The notes: generated from the sequence alone by a model not told the origin. DNA of 64,000 nucleotides from an uncultured Armatimonadetes bacterium (GCA_963716175.1 OY970296.1:1152001-1216000); one strand, 5' to 3'. Shown: positions 36,975-47,564, numbered from the stretch's first letter. Program-made: numbers and translations.

Positions 36975-37037
36975 TTAGGCAAGCCAAACGAAAAAGTTAG
37001 GCTCACCTAATTATACCACCTTCGGCGGCGGTGTCAA
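36975..37037 (-). promoter_or_regulatory. Promoter with two DtxR-type operators
   Basis: TTGACA-16 bp-TATAAT; boxes TTAGGCTCACCTAA (36997-37010) and TTAGGCAAGCCAAA (36975-36988). Confidence 0.85.
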
Positions 37038-37048
37038 CCAGGGAGTTC

Positions 37049-37190
37049 GTAGGGCAGGAGCGTTGCCTCCTGCCCATGCTCAGGCGGGCACGGGAGTGCC
37101 CGCCCTACAGTCCGGGTTAGTGTGGGAGCCCGGTCCTCCGGGCGATCCATCCTCGGGCCGGGTAATCGCCCCGGGGACGGGGCTCCCACA
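37049..37190. repeat. Two REP doublets (REPIN-like): GTAG pair 37049-37108 and GTGG pair 37121-37190
   Basis: GTAGGGCAGGAG..CTCCTGCCC facing GGCGGGCAC..GTGCCCGCCCTAC; TGTGGGAGCCC..GGCGAT facing ATCGCC..GGGCTCCCACA. Confidence 0.8.
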
Positions 37191-37318
37191 GCCGGCGGCG
37201 GGACAGGTTTGTCTTCTGCCGGGAACATGCCTCCGCATCGGCCACAGCGACTGGGCGCGGCGGGGGAATAATGCGGGTGGAAGGGCGAGGTGGGCTGAGA
37301 TGTGAAGGAGGAACTGAC

Positions 37319-37513
37319 ATGACCAAGGTGCTACGGTGTCGTGATGTGGGGATCGCTTGCGACTACGTCGCCTGTGGGAGCACGGTGGAGGACGTGCTGA
37401 GGCAGGGAGCCGAGCATGCCCGGATCGTGCACGACAAGACCAGCTTCTCCCCGGAAGAGGAGCAGAAAGTCAGGTCCTTGATCCGCGACGAGGAGCGGTG
37501 CCCGTCGAAGTGA
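37319..37513 (+). CDS. DUF1059 small metal-binding protein
   Basis: AAGGAGG SD; LRCRDVGIACDY...EHARIVH. Confidence 0.85.
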   Translation: MTKVLRCRDVGIACDYVACGSTVEDVLRQGAEHARIVHDKTSFSPEEEQKVRSLIRDEERCPSK

Positions 37514-37530
37514 CTTCGCGGGCGGGAACG

Positions 37531-37566
37531 ACAAGCCGAGCACGCCTGCAGGCGCGCTCGGCTTGT
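37531..37566. terminator. Hairpin between convergent genes
   Basis: ACAAGCCGAGCACGCC/GGCGCGCTCGGCTTGT inverted repeat. Confidence 0.55.
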
Positions 37567-37734
37567 TCATGGCCGGGACAGGGGCTGTTGCGGGACCAAC
37601 CTGGCCCCCGTTCAGAGACGCCTGCCCAGGGCAGCCTTGGCCACATCTCCCCAGGCCGTGACTGAGACCGTAGAGTTACCGATGGGAATGGACATCTGAA
37701 GTCCCTGGTCAACTGGCTGCCTGATCCGAAGGCC

Positions 37735-38409
37735 CTATCCGATCCCGGTCTGACCTGGCGCAGGAGGAGGCGCTTGGCAGACGCCTTCGTTCGGCTTGCG
37801 GGCCAGCACCCACAGCCACGTCTCATTGTTGCTCGTCCGCGTGTCTCCGCTCGCCACCTCGAAGCCGGCCGCACGGAGCATGCCGAGATTCTCGTCGGCG
37901 TCCAGGTGGCTCCACCACATCGGCGCGCCCCATCCGTTCCAGTCCTCGATGGTCTCCTCCCATCCCCGTATCGTCCACGTGGCCAGGAAGAGACCGTCTG
38001 GCTTCAGCCACGTATGGATGCGCCGAACCAATCCGGCCTGCTCCGCGGCGGGCACGTGGATGATGGCATAGCATGACACCACGGCATCGAACCCACCCGG
38101 AGCGAAGTCCACCGCGGTCATATCGGCCTTGATGAAGTGGCCGGTAGGGACATGCCTCCGCGCCAGCTCGATCTGCCGCGCGGAGATGTCAACTCCCGTA
38201 ACAGCGAACTGCTGCGCCAGTCTCTGGCCGACCGGAACCCCCGCTCCGCAGCCGAGATCCAGCACGGCCGCACCAGCTGGCACCATGGTAATCAGTTGCT
38301 CGAGCGGAGCATACGTACCGGGATCGTAGCCCTCCTTGGTCGCCAGGTACGCCGCCGCGATCAGGTCATAGCTCGTCTCGACAAGCCGTTTCTCCTCGCC
38401 TTTGCGCAT
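37735..38409 (-). CDS. Class I SAM-dependent methyltransferase
   Basis: VLDLGCGAG, VTGVDIS, FDAVVS, WLKPDG. Confidence 0.9.
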   Translation of the reverse strand: MRKGEEKRLVETSYDLIAAAYLATKEGYDPGTYAPLEQLITMVPAGAAVLDLGCGAGVPVGQRLAQQFAVTGVDISARQIELARRHVPTGHFIKADMTAVDFAPGGFDAVVSCYAIIHVPAAEQAGLVRRIHTWLKPDGLFLATWTIRGWEETIEDWNGWGAPMWWSHLDADENLGMLRAAGFEVASGDTRTSNNETWLWVLARKPNEGVCQAPPPAPGQTGIG

Positions 38410-38417
38410 GGGCCCTC

Positions 38418-39068
38418 CTAACTGTGCCTGCTGAAGACCAGACAGTAGCTGTGGTCGTAGCCGTAAGCAGATGATCCCTGCCCGCCGATGACGATCTCTC
38501 CCTCGAAGTGCATTACTTCGCCAATGGCTCCAGCCACATCCCAGGCGAGCGTGGTGACCTGGTCAGGCCGCTTCAGATTCGCCACCTCGAGGATGGCGCG
38601 TGCATTCGGCTTCATGACCCCCGACACTTGTCGGTAGATGTCCTGCAGGCCTTGGAGATACTGCTCATAGCCCGCGCCCGGGCCTGCGTACGCGGCGAGA
38701 GGGTCCTCGGCATCTCCTCTGCACATGAACGGCGGCGAAGTGAGAGAGAGGTCGAAGAGTGGCAGCTGGTACGAAGCCAGTTGGCGCGAATCTCCCTCGA
38801 TCAGGCTGCCAGGGCGGTGAAGCAGAGATCGCGCGTAGGCAGCGTGCCGGGAGTTGAGCTCAATGCCCACAGGCACCCTTCCCATACGCTCGGCCACCAC
38901 CAGAGTCGTCCCGAACCCGGCGAAGGGATCGAAGACGACATCGCCCTCCTGAGTGAACTCCCGCAGAAGCAACTCCACTAGCGCCTCCGAGGAACGCACG
39001 TCAAAGCGAAACTCCGAAGGGAGTTCCTTCGCGGGAACGGTCGGCAAGGTTATGAACGTTCGCATCAT
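38418..39068 (-). CDS. Small N4/N6 (DNA/RNA) methyltransferase-like protein
   Basis: VFDPFAGFGTT SAM motif followed by LTSPPF catalytic motif. Confidence 0.8.
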   Translation of the reverse strand: MMRTFITLPTVPAKELPSEFRFDVRSSEALVELLLREFTQEGDVVFDPFAGFGTTLVVAERMGRVPVGIELNSRHAAYARSLLHRPGSLIEGDSRQLASYQLPLFDLSLTSPPFMCRGDAEDPLAAYAGPGAGYEQYLQGLQDIYRQVSGVMKPNARAILEVANLKRPDQVTTLAWDVAGAIGEVMHFEGEIVIGGQGSSAYGYDHSYCLVFSRHS

Positions 39069-39074
39069 CTGCTC

Positions 39075-40175
39075 CTATTTCCCCGCCTCGTACAGCCCCA
39101 CCAACCCCGCGCGCCGATTCGGCCAGTCCCGAACGCACACGAGGTTGGTGAGTTGGTCCACGGAGCCGACGAACCGCGGTAGCCGTTTGATCTCCTCACT
39201 TGTGATCTTCCCGTAGATTGCGTCGCCGGGGTTACACTTGCCCGGAACCAAGTAGGGCCGGTTGAAGAACGGCTCAACCTGAGTCGGCACTGGTTCCGTG
39301 ATTCCCAACGCGTTGTGCATATGAGCTAGGTATTCATATGCCTGGGACAGGTACCGCTCGCGCTCTTGCCAAGTCTGCGCGTCGAGAGCGGCCTGTAGCA
39401 CGGGCATCAGATCTGCCGCGCAGTGCAGTTCCGCGAAGGCCGTTCCATACCACTTGCTGTATGGCGCGTATTGCCGCTCCATCAGGAAGCATAGATCCAT
39501 CACGCTGTGGATCAGCCGCGCCGCAAGCACCCGCGACCCGAGCTCATCGCCCACATCGCCGCACCGGCCCATGAACGGGCACTCCTGCCCGATGTGCTCC
39601 CACAGTGCGGAGAGGAGGTAGTACCAGATCTCGTCCGGGTAGAAGTGGAGCTTCTGCCGCATCGGCTCGAGTTCACCCAGCCCATCGTAGAAGACCCGCC
39701 CGGAGCGCAGCAGGCGCAGAGTCTGCTGCGGTAGGGTGAGCCAGTCCAGCGTCGTCAACTCACGATTCGGGTTGAAGGGTCGGTAGCTGACTACGAAAGT
39801 GTCCACATTGATGCAGTAGACGCGATGCTCAATGGGCCCATACTCCAGGCGCGCCGGTTTTCCCACTTCATCGGAAGTCGAGTCGTAGTTCGTGGGCACC
39901 CCGGCTACCTCTCGGGGCAATTCGTGGCGCATCGCCTCCACAATCCCGGCCGAGTACTGCGCGTGATCCTCGGGCGACAGGTACACTTGGACCTCGGGCC
40001 CCCAACCGTGGTCCATCGACAGCGGCGTATCGTAGCCGAGCGTGTCGGACCCACGCCCCAGCCGCGCCGCAGAGTAACGCACCTCTGGGAAGTGCTGCTC
40101 CATCACTGGCTTCACGCCTTCGTGGTAGAGCCGCTCTGCCAGCACCATTCCCTTCACGAACGGGTATGAGATCAT
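39075..40175 (-). CDS. DUF4037 domain protein (nucleotidyltransferase-like)
   Basis: LGRGSDTLGYDTPLSMDHGWGP, GRVFYDGLG, GRCGDVGDELGS, YAPYSKW. Confidence 0.88.
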   Translation of the reverse strand: MISYPFVKGMVLAERLYHEGVKPVMEQHFPEVRYSAARLGRGSDTLGYDTPLSMDHGWGPEVQVYLSPEDHAQYSAGIVEAMRHELPREVAGVPTNYDSTSDEVGKPARLEYGPIEHRVYCINVDTFVVSYRPFNPNRELTTLDWLTLPQQTLRLLRSGRVFYDGLGELEPMRQKLHFYPDEIWYYLLSALWEHIGQECPFMGRCGDVGDELGSRVLAARLIHSVMDLCFLMERQYAPYSKWYGTAFAELHCAADLMPVLQAALDAQTWQERERYLSQAYEYLAHMHNALGITEPVPTQVEPFFNRPYLVPGKCNPGDAIYGKITSEEIKRLPRFVGSVDQLTNLVCVRDWPNRRAGLVGLYEAGK

Positions 40176-40384
40176 GTCATTCCTCTCGTAGTTCTCAATC
40201 TCGCTTCATCGGCTTTGGGTTGTCAGCAGATGGCGGACGGATTGGAGATCGCTAGAGGGGGTTAGAGTCGCTCTTGCCCTCTCTATCGCCCATCGCCCCT
40301 TCTCCGATGCTGGATCGAACCAGCACAGCTTGTCGAAGAGGAGGATCACCGCCGGGGCAGACCCGAGGTGACCGGCCAGCAGAA

Positions 40385-40412
40385 GCGCCACAGACCTGCT
40401 GGCCTGTGGCGC
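40385..40412 (-). terminator. Leader hairpin upstream of the DUF4037 operon
   Basis: GCGCCACAGGCC-AGCA-GGTCTGTGGCGC followed by TTCT. Confidence 0.6.
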
Positions 40413-40437
40413 GCGTGGTTCGGGAACGGAAGCTAGC

Positions 40438-40557
40438 TCAGGTGAGCGGGGCTCCAGGCCGTGCGGCTCGTGCTTCGTAGCGAAGGAGCTTCGCTACTTC
40501 GCAGAGCAGCAGCAGGTGATGACCGGTTTCTCTCGGGACGCGAGTTGTCGTCTTCAC
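40438..40557 (-). CDS. Putative leader peptide MKTTTRVPRETGHHLLLLCEVAKLLRYEARAARPGAPLT (39 aa)
   Basis: Strong SD AAGGAGGTGG, GTG 40557, TGA 40438; lies between a promoter and a hairpin; contains the 46-bp repeat. Confidence 0.55.
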   Translation of the reverse strand: MKTTTRVPRETGHHLLLLCEVAKLLRYEARAARPGAPLT

Positions 40558-40599
40558 GGTCACCACCTCCTTCCGCCTCAGGCACGGCCGACACCTGGC

Positions 40600-40628
40600 A
40601 GTCTACTCGTGGATGCACGCGAAGTCAA
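40600..40628 (-). promoter_or_regulatory. sigma70-type promoter
   Basis: TTGACT-17 bp-TAGACT. Confidence 0.7.
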
Positions 40629-40713
40629 CCGTCGCGCGCCAGTTCCCAAGGTCTACTTGGAGCCGCCGCTCATCGTCGGGATCGGATTGGTCAGGGCCTG
40701 GGTACGGCTCAGA

Positions 40714-41850
40714 CTAGTGACCAGGCTCCAGTCTCTCCCGGCGAAACCGGAGGCTGTTGAAGTCGGGCTCCGTGACCGTCTCGACCCGGGCCGGGAAGAG
40801 CCCGATGTGCATCACACCGTCCCGCCACACCAGAGCCGAGCCGAAGACGCGCCGGCCTCGCAGTTCATACAGGCTTCCCGCTCCCGGGGTGTCCTTTCGC
40901 TCCCGGTCGGCCTGTCGCAGCCCGTCCAGCCAGTCCTTGATGTCCGCGGGATCCGGCTCGCCGCCTTCACCGAAATGGCGCCGAGCGTGGCGGCGTACCG
41001 GCGCGGCAGGACGCTCCAGCGCATCTATCGCATAGGAGTCGAGCAGCTTGCGCCAGAGCTGCCGGAAGACGGCGGGCGAGGAGAAGAGATCGGCGGCGAT
41101 GATCTCACCCCCGATTACGGCGACTACGCCGCAGGCCTTGGGGAAGTCATCCGGCAGATCTGAGAAGGCGCGGGTGTACGGCTTCATCTTTCCCTGCACT
41201 TCCGCGCTCTCGTGGATTGAGCTGAGGGCGCCAGTGGCGCTGGGCGCGCGGAGACGGTCCTGCTCGGCCGCCACCCGAGACCACACTGCGCTCTGGCCGG
41301 CCTTGGCGCTCTGGCGCAGGGCCGGCGCGGCCAGGGTGCGAGCGCTCTTGAAAGCCTCGCTCTTGGCCACCCAGCGGCCGTGCTCCACGCAATAGACCGG
41401 AATGGTCACCTCTTCGCCGGCGGGGACGATCAGGTCATCGCCCACGATGCGATCCTGCTTGGCGCCCTTCAGCATCTCGCCGGCCATGATGAAGACAGGC
41501 CGTTTCGCCCGGTTGTGCAGCCGCACCCGATTCACCTCGGCAGAGGTCAGCTCCACAATCTCGACCAGGCCCAGGTCCATGGCCTTGTCCAGGGTGAGAT
41601 CCACATCGGGGACCTTCAGCGGGGACGCGAACACGGGATAGAGGGTCAAGCCCTCATGGCGCTGTGCCCGTCCGACTCGCAGGCGGACGGCGAAGTCACT
41701 GATTGCATCGATCACGTAGGCGCCGGACCGGTACTTGCGCTCCGGTGGCTGCGGCCGCGCGGGCCCACGCGAACCCTTGGGTGCAGCGGCGAAGGCGGCG
41801 GCCGCCATCATGGCGATGAGGGGTAGGGTCAACAGCAGTCTGGTTTTCAT
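40714..41850 (-). CDS. Secreted ARPP-1/DUF6569 family protein
   Basis: Signal peptide; LTLYPV, VFIMAGEMLKGAKQDRI, IPVYCVEHGRW, QSAVW, KLLDSYAIDA. Confidence 0.8.
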   Translation of the reverse strand: MKTRLLLTLPLIAMMAAAAFAAAPKGSRGPARPQPPERKYRSGAYVIDAISDFAVRLRVGRAQRHEGLTLYPVFASPLKVPDVDLTLDKAMDLGLVEIVELTSAEVNRVRLHNRAKRPVFIMAGEMLKGAKQDRIVGDDLIVPAGEEVTIPVYCVEHGRWVAKSEAFKSARTLAAPALRQSAKAGQSAVWSRVAAEQDRLRAPSATGALSSIHESAEVQGKMKPYTRAFSDLPDDFPKACGVVAVIGGEIIAADLFSSPAVFRQLWRKLLDSYAIDALERPAAPVRRHARRHFGEGGEPDPADIKDWLDGLRQADRERKDTPGAGSLYELRGRRVFGSALVWRDGVMHIGLFPARVETVTEPDFNSLRFRRERLEPGH

Positions 41851-41874
41851 GGTTTCGTCCTTTCGTCAACGGCC

Positions 41875-41975
41875 GGCGGGCATAGGCGGCTAGGTCTTCG
41901 ACCGCCATGGCGGCCTGCGTAGCAGGCCTAGCCACATGCCCGCCCTACAGGGGGCGGGATGAATCCCGCCCCTAC
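41875..41975 (-). repeat. Tandem GTAG REPs; one carries a bulged-hairpin dimer, the other overlaps the A2M stop codon
   Basis: GGCGGGCAT..[CGGCTAG..CTAGCCA]CATGCCCGCCCTAC, then GGGGCGGGAT GA ATCCCGCCCCTAC. Confidence 0.8.
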
Positions 41976-44900
41976 AGCACCTCCAACTGGACGGGCTTGG
42001 CGGTGGCGCTGATCTCCGGGTTGTAGTAGCGATACACCTTCGAGGCCGGGGTGGCGGCCTTGATCGGGAACTTGGCGCGCAGGCGATAGCTGAAGGCGAG
42101 GGGCTTGCGCGAAGCGAGCCTGTCCAGGTAGATGATGATCTGGCGAGCGGCGACGGTGAACTTCTGGATGGTCTTCTGCTCCACCAGCTTCTGGAGGTCC
42201 TCCGCCATCACCTCGAACCCGGGCGGCAGGCCCAGGTCAATCACCACCATGTTGCAGGCGCGCGGGTCGTTGTTCACGACTTGCACCGAGGCGGTGATGA
42301 TGTCATTGGTCGCCAGCGTGGTGCGGTCGTAGCTGACATCAATGTCGAGCAGCTCGCTGGGCCGGGGGCTTCACCAGCTCCCAGGGCAGGTAATACCTGG
42401 CCACGATCTGGTAGAGGGCGCTGCCCTTGCCCTTGAGGTTGATGCGGACATCGTTGGCGCCGGGCCTGACCAGCTCCCGCGCGTCCACCTGGCGCACCAC
42501 CTCATAGTCGGCCTGGGTGAGGCGCCAAGAGGCGGCCTGCTTGCCGTTCACCTCCACCGTCACTTGCGCGTCCACCTCCTGGGCGGCCTGCTTGAGGGCC
42601 TGCAGCAGCGTCTTGAGCGCCCACACCGTGGCCTGGGTGGTCTGCCAGGTCCCGAAGCTGTCCTTGGAGCGGATCAGGTAGGTGAGCGCCTTGTTGGTTA
42701 GGTCCACCCGGCGGCCGGACTTGACCAGGGCGTAGGCCGCAAGCGCGGTGGTCTCGAGGTCGGCGGCGCCATTCTGGGCGGAGGTGACGGTGGGCGCCTG
42801 GGATTTCCAGTAGGCGGTCTTCTCCTCCACGGTGGCGACCTTGGCGAGCGCGTCGAGCACCTGGCCCGTGGTGGCGGAGTCCGGCTGGCCGCTGAAGTAG
42901 GCGTTGGCGATCACGGCCAGGGCGTAGGCATCCTTGGCGCCGGCCCAGTGGGTGTCGAGATAGGCGAAGGCGCGCTTCAGCGCGTCGCCCTGGTAGCCGG
43001 ATTCGGCCAGCGCCCAGGTAACGTAGGCGGTTACGCGCAGCACGTCGGTCTGGCGGTTGATGATACCCTCCGCGATCCCGCCCGGATCGCGCTCCCAGGA
43101 GCCGTCCTTCTGCTGCTGGGCGGCCAGCCACTGCTGAGTGCGGGTGATCACGTTCTCGTCCACCTGATGCACGCGGCTCATGTCGTGGAACTCGAGCAGC
43201 CCATAGGAGGTGAGCACCTTGTGCGCGGGGGCGTCGCCGAACCAGGAGAATCCGCCGCCTTTGACCTCGAAGGAGAGCAGGCGCTGGTAGCCCACGTTGA
43301 TGTACTGCTCGGCCTTCATCTGGATCTCGGGCCTGGCCTGCTTGGTGGACTTCAGGTAGTCGAGCACCAGCACGTTGGGATAGGTCACAGAGCTAGTCTG
43401 CTCGAAGCAGCCGAAGGGCATGCGCAGCAGGGAATCGAGGCCTTCGACGGCCTGGCTGAAGAGGCCGGGGTAGATCTTCACCAGGATGGTGGAGGCGTCG
43501 GGGATGGCCTCCTTCGGGATGGCCACCGTCCTCTCGACGGTTCCCTCGAGACGATCGTTCCAGGTGTCGCGGCGCTCCTCGCCATCGGGCAGCACCTCGA
43601 TCTGGCGCTTGATGGCATCGGAGAGCTTGCTGCCCTGGGCGTGGACGGTGAGGGAGTTCATCCCGATCTTCTGCGCCCGGATGCGATAGTAAACGACCTT
43701 GATATCAGAGGCCGCGAGGTCGAGCGACTTGTCCGCCTGGTCCTCCACCAGCTCGAACCAGGGCTGCATCTGCAGCGACAGCTTCACGGTCTGCGGCCCC
43801 GGCAGGTAGTTGTAGACCGCGATGGGGACGGAGATCTCGTCGTGCTCGGTAAGGGCGACGGGCAGGTCAATGTCAATGAAGAAGTCCTGGAAGACGCGCA
43901 GGCCGGCGGTGGCGCTGCCGAGCTGGCCCCGCTGCGAGGAGGCGAGCGCTTGCAGGCGCCAGGTGGTGATGGAGTCGGCCATCTCCACGGTGACCGCGGC
44001 CTTGCCCTGCTCGTCGGTGATCAGCGCGGGATTGACGTACATGGTCTCGGGGAAGAACTGGCGCAGGCGGACCTGGGGCTGGCCCGCGGCTGCGGGCTGG
44101 GCGGCTCCGGTCGGCGCCGGCAGCGCCTCGGCCTTCCTCATGGCCATCGCGTCCATGGCCAGTGCCCCCTCCTCGAAGACCATCTCGCCCCCGCCGCCAA
44201 AGCCGCCAGCTTTGAACCTTCTGCCTTCTTTCGCCCAGGCACCGAGGCCGAGGATGTCGTCGGTGGTGCCCCAGCGGCCATCGGGCCCGGCGGAGTCGAG
44301 GGTGCAGTTGGCGTTGCGCCAGCGCACCCGATAGGGATGGTTCCAGCGATCGCGCAGCTCGCGGCGGCGCAGCAGCCCCTCGTCCGCCAGCACTGAGAAT
44401 GTCTTCATTGGGGATGAGATAAGCGCGGTGGAGCTGGTAGTAGCGCTGCAGCGCGCGGTCGATCCGCTCCGCATCTCGCGCCACCCCTTTGATCCACTCC
44501 TCCATCGCCTGCTCCACCCGTTCGTCATAGGTGTTGACGGTGAGAGTGTAGGGATCGCGCGGCTGGGCGGCGGCGAAGAGCACCGCGGCGGCGCGCTGGC
44601 GGGCGGCGTCCTCTTCCGCGGGCTTGGGGGTTTCGAAGGGTAGGCGGCCAGAGATGATGCCCTCAGGGGTGAAGCCGTGGATCTCGTACCGGGGCTTGAG
44701 CAGCTCTTTCTCCAGCGCGAAGTAGATGCGCTCCAGGCCGGGCTGCATCTCCTGCAGCGCGAAGACGCTTTCGTCCACAATGGTGAGCCCCAAGGCGGCG
44801 AGGGTGGGCTTGCCCCTCTGATCGCGCACCGCGAAGGTCAGCTTGGCCTGCCCCCCGGGGCGATAGGTCTGCTTATCTGCGCGCACCTCGACCACCAGGT

Positions 44901-46533
44901 CATCGGCGGGCGCGACATAGATGCGGCGCGTATCCCGGATGATATTCTCATCCGGCAGAATCTGGTAGGCGTGAACCTCCAGTGTGCCCTGCAAATCCTG
45001 AGTGAGGGGCAGCGTGAACTCGGACCGGCCGCCTGCCAGGTCAACCGCGCGGGTGAGAATGGTCTGGTTGTCCCGGATCACGTCCACATAGGTGGTGCCC
45101 TGCTGCTTGGTGGAGATGACGGTGAACTCAACCTGGTCGCCGACCTTGGCGAGGGCGCGGTCGGCCCGCAGCAGCAGAGCTGCGGCCCCGGGCTCGGTGG
45201 GGAGGGCGAAGGTGCGCCGAACGGCACCGGCCTCAACGGTCAGCTCCAGGGATTCCTTCCCCTTGCTCCACTGCGGCAGGATCGAGACCTCGGCCAGGCC
45301 CATCTCATCTGAGGTGCGGCCGCCCTGCATGTCCCCCTGCGGCGCCACGCCGGCGACTTTCACTGAGAACGAAGACTTCACCGGCTGCCCGTCGGGGCGG
45401 CTGAAGAGCAGGTAGACCGTGTTGGTGAGCCCGGGCTTGATCGCCCCTGACTCCGGCACCGCGGTGATGATCAGGGGCTCCTTGGCGATGGGCACGGTGC
45501 TGGTGATCTTCTCGATGTGCTCGGCCCTGTCGGTCACCTCCACATCGAGCTTGATGAAGGCGCTGCCCTGCTCCAGGGGCTGGCCCACGAAGTACTCCGG
45601 CAGGTCGGCCTCGAACTTATGGAGGCCTCCGGCATCGGTCTTACCCTCGATCCGGGCAAACTCGCGGAAGGCGACGTCGAAGGTGGAGAGCGTGATGAGA
45701 ACGTCCGACTGGGAGGTGGGCTTGCCGAAGAAGTAGTCGCACTGCACCTTGCCGGTGAGCTTCTCGCCGGGCAGGTAGTAGGTGCGATCTGTGGTCAGAC
45801 TGACCTTGAACTTGGGCAATACGTAGCGCTTCACCTCCACGCTGCGCTCAGCCTGACCCTCCTCTCCGATCGCGCGCACGGTATAGGGCCCGAGGTTGAT
45901 CTCGTCTGCGAGCGTGAAGTCGGCAGACACGATGCCGAACTTGGAGGCGGCGGTCGTCTGCTTGAACACCTTGTTGCCCTTGGCATCCTCCACCTCGAGG
46001 GTGATCTGCTGGCCCGCCGCCGGGGTAAGGCTGGGCCGACGGAGCGCCAGCGCGCGCAGATGGATGGTCTGGCCGGGCTGATAGAGCGGCTTGTCCGTGG
46101 TGAGCAGAATCTGAGTCTGCCGGGTGATGTTGATCGGGCGCTTCACCTCGTCGCTGCCCAGAGAGGAGCTGACCTGCACGGTCAGTTCGTAGCGGCCCGG
46201 GGGGACATCGGGCACCAGGAACTTGGCCTCCACCGTGCCCTCTCGCAGCCGGCCGGCGAATAGCTGCCGGCGACCAACCGACTGCTGGTCGGTCGGGGCT
46301 ATGCCCAGGCCGACCCGCCCTGCGATGGGCCGGCCGGTCTCGTGGTTGGTCACGATGATGCGCAGGGAGGCAGGGCCGCCAGCCAGCCAGGTGGACTGGC
46401 CCCGGATGACAGTCTCCAGTGGCGAGATGTCGCCTGAGGAGAACGAAGAGCTGGCGCCCAGGGCAACTGCCAGCGCCGCTCCCAGCAAACCAAGGGCTAT
46501 CCATTTCGGCAGGTAAGGCATTGATCTAGTCAT
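41972..46533 (-). CDS. Alpha-2-macroglobulin family thioester protein; +1 frameshifts near 44395 and 42355
   Basis: TDKPLYQPGQ (MG2), YVLPKF, RQFFPET, DSITTW, thioester PFGCFEQ, C-terminal NMVVIDLGLPPGF..YRYYNPE. Confidence 0.92.
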
Positions 46534-46628
46534 GAGCGAACGCTCCTTTGTCTTGCAGGGGGACACTGCATCGTCAGGGTCTTAGACTGGAGAGGCGGGG
46601 GCAAGGTTCCGCGGGGACTCGGGGCCGG

Positions 46629-47564
46629 TCAGGACTCGACTTCGGCCGGGGCCAGGCGCAGGAGACGATGGTTGAGAGAATCGGAAACGTAGATGCTGCC
46701 GACCGCGTCCACAGCCACCGCGCGGGGCGAGCGCAAGTCCAGGTCGGCGCTGGGGACCTCGGGGAAACAGCAGACGGCCTCGGCCTCGGCATTGAACTTC
46801 TGCACGCGGTCATTGCCCGCGTCGGCCACCCACAGGCCGCCGTCAATATCAAGCGCCAGCCCGCAGGGCTCCGACAGCTCCCCAACCGCGGGGCCGGGCC
46901 GGCCAATCGGCCGGTCGAGCCTGCCGTCCGGGGTCAGGCGCACGACGCGATGGTGCATGGTATCGGAGACATAGAGATAGCCCTCCCTGTCCACCGCCAC
47001 CCCCTGGGGCCGGGCGAAGCGGGCATCCGGAAGAGGGCCCAGGAAGTCCATGTACCAGACGCCAGTGGCGGTGTAGGAGGTGATGCGGTTGTTGTCGGTG
47101 TCCGCGATGTAGATGTGGTGATAGGAATCGAGGCAGATGGCGGTGGGAGAGGCGAAGCGGGCGCGGCTGGCAAAGGGCCCGCCCACTGCCATCACGAACT
47201 GCCCTTGGGGGCCGAACTTCTGCACCCGGTTGGCGCCCTGCTCAATGACGTAGATGCAGCGGGCACCGTCCACCGCCACGCCCTGGGGATGCAGCAGCAG
47301 GCCTGGGCCTCCCAGGCCATAAACATCGCCCTCCGGGGTGATCTTCTGGATGCGGTGATTGCAGGAATCGGCAACATAGAGGTTGCCGTCAGCATCCAGC
47401 GCGATGCCGCCGGGGCTGCTGAACTGGCCCAGGGCGGGGCCGAAGGAGCCGATGGTCTCGGCCAGGCGGAAGGAAACGCGCTCTGCCGCCGCCATCTCCT
47501 CGGGCACGACCGTGGGCCGGCGCAGCTTGCCGCCGATCTCGAGGTAGCGGAAACGGCTTTCCAT
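46629..47564 (-). CDS. NHL-repeat beta-propeller protein
   Basis: About six PxGxAxD..G..YVxDxxNxRxQ repeats. Confidence 0.9.
   Translation of the reverse strand: MESRFRYLEIGGKLRRPTVVPEEMAAAERVSFRLAETIGSFGPALGQFSSPGGIALDADGNLYVADSCNHRIQKITPEGDVYGLGGPGLLLHPQGVAVDGARCIYVIEQGANRVQKFGPQGQFVMAVGGPFASRARFASPTAICLDSYHHIYIADTDNNRITSYTATGVWYMDFLGPLPDARFARPQGVAVDREGYLYVSDTMHHRVVRLTPDGRLDRPIGRPGPAVGELSEPCGLALDIDGGLWVADAGNDRVQKFNAEAEAVCCFPEVPSADLDLRSPRAVAVDAVGSIYVSDSLNHRLLRLAPAEVES

Noticed and set aside
38418-39068. Restriction-modification system
   Set aside because: Small MTase without an evident target-recognition domain and no adjacent endonuclease
40206-40391. 61-aa ORF downstream of the leader hairpin
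   Set aside because: Starts inside the hairpin with no SD; at most a gene remnant
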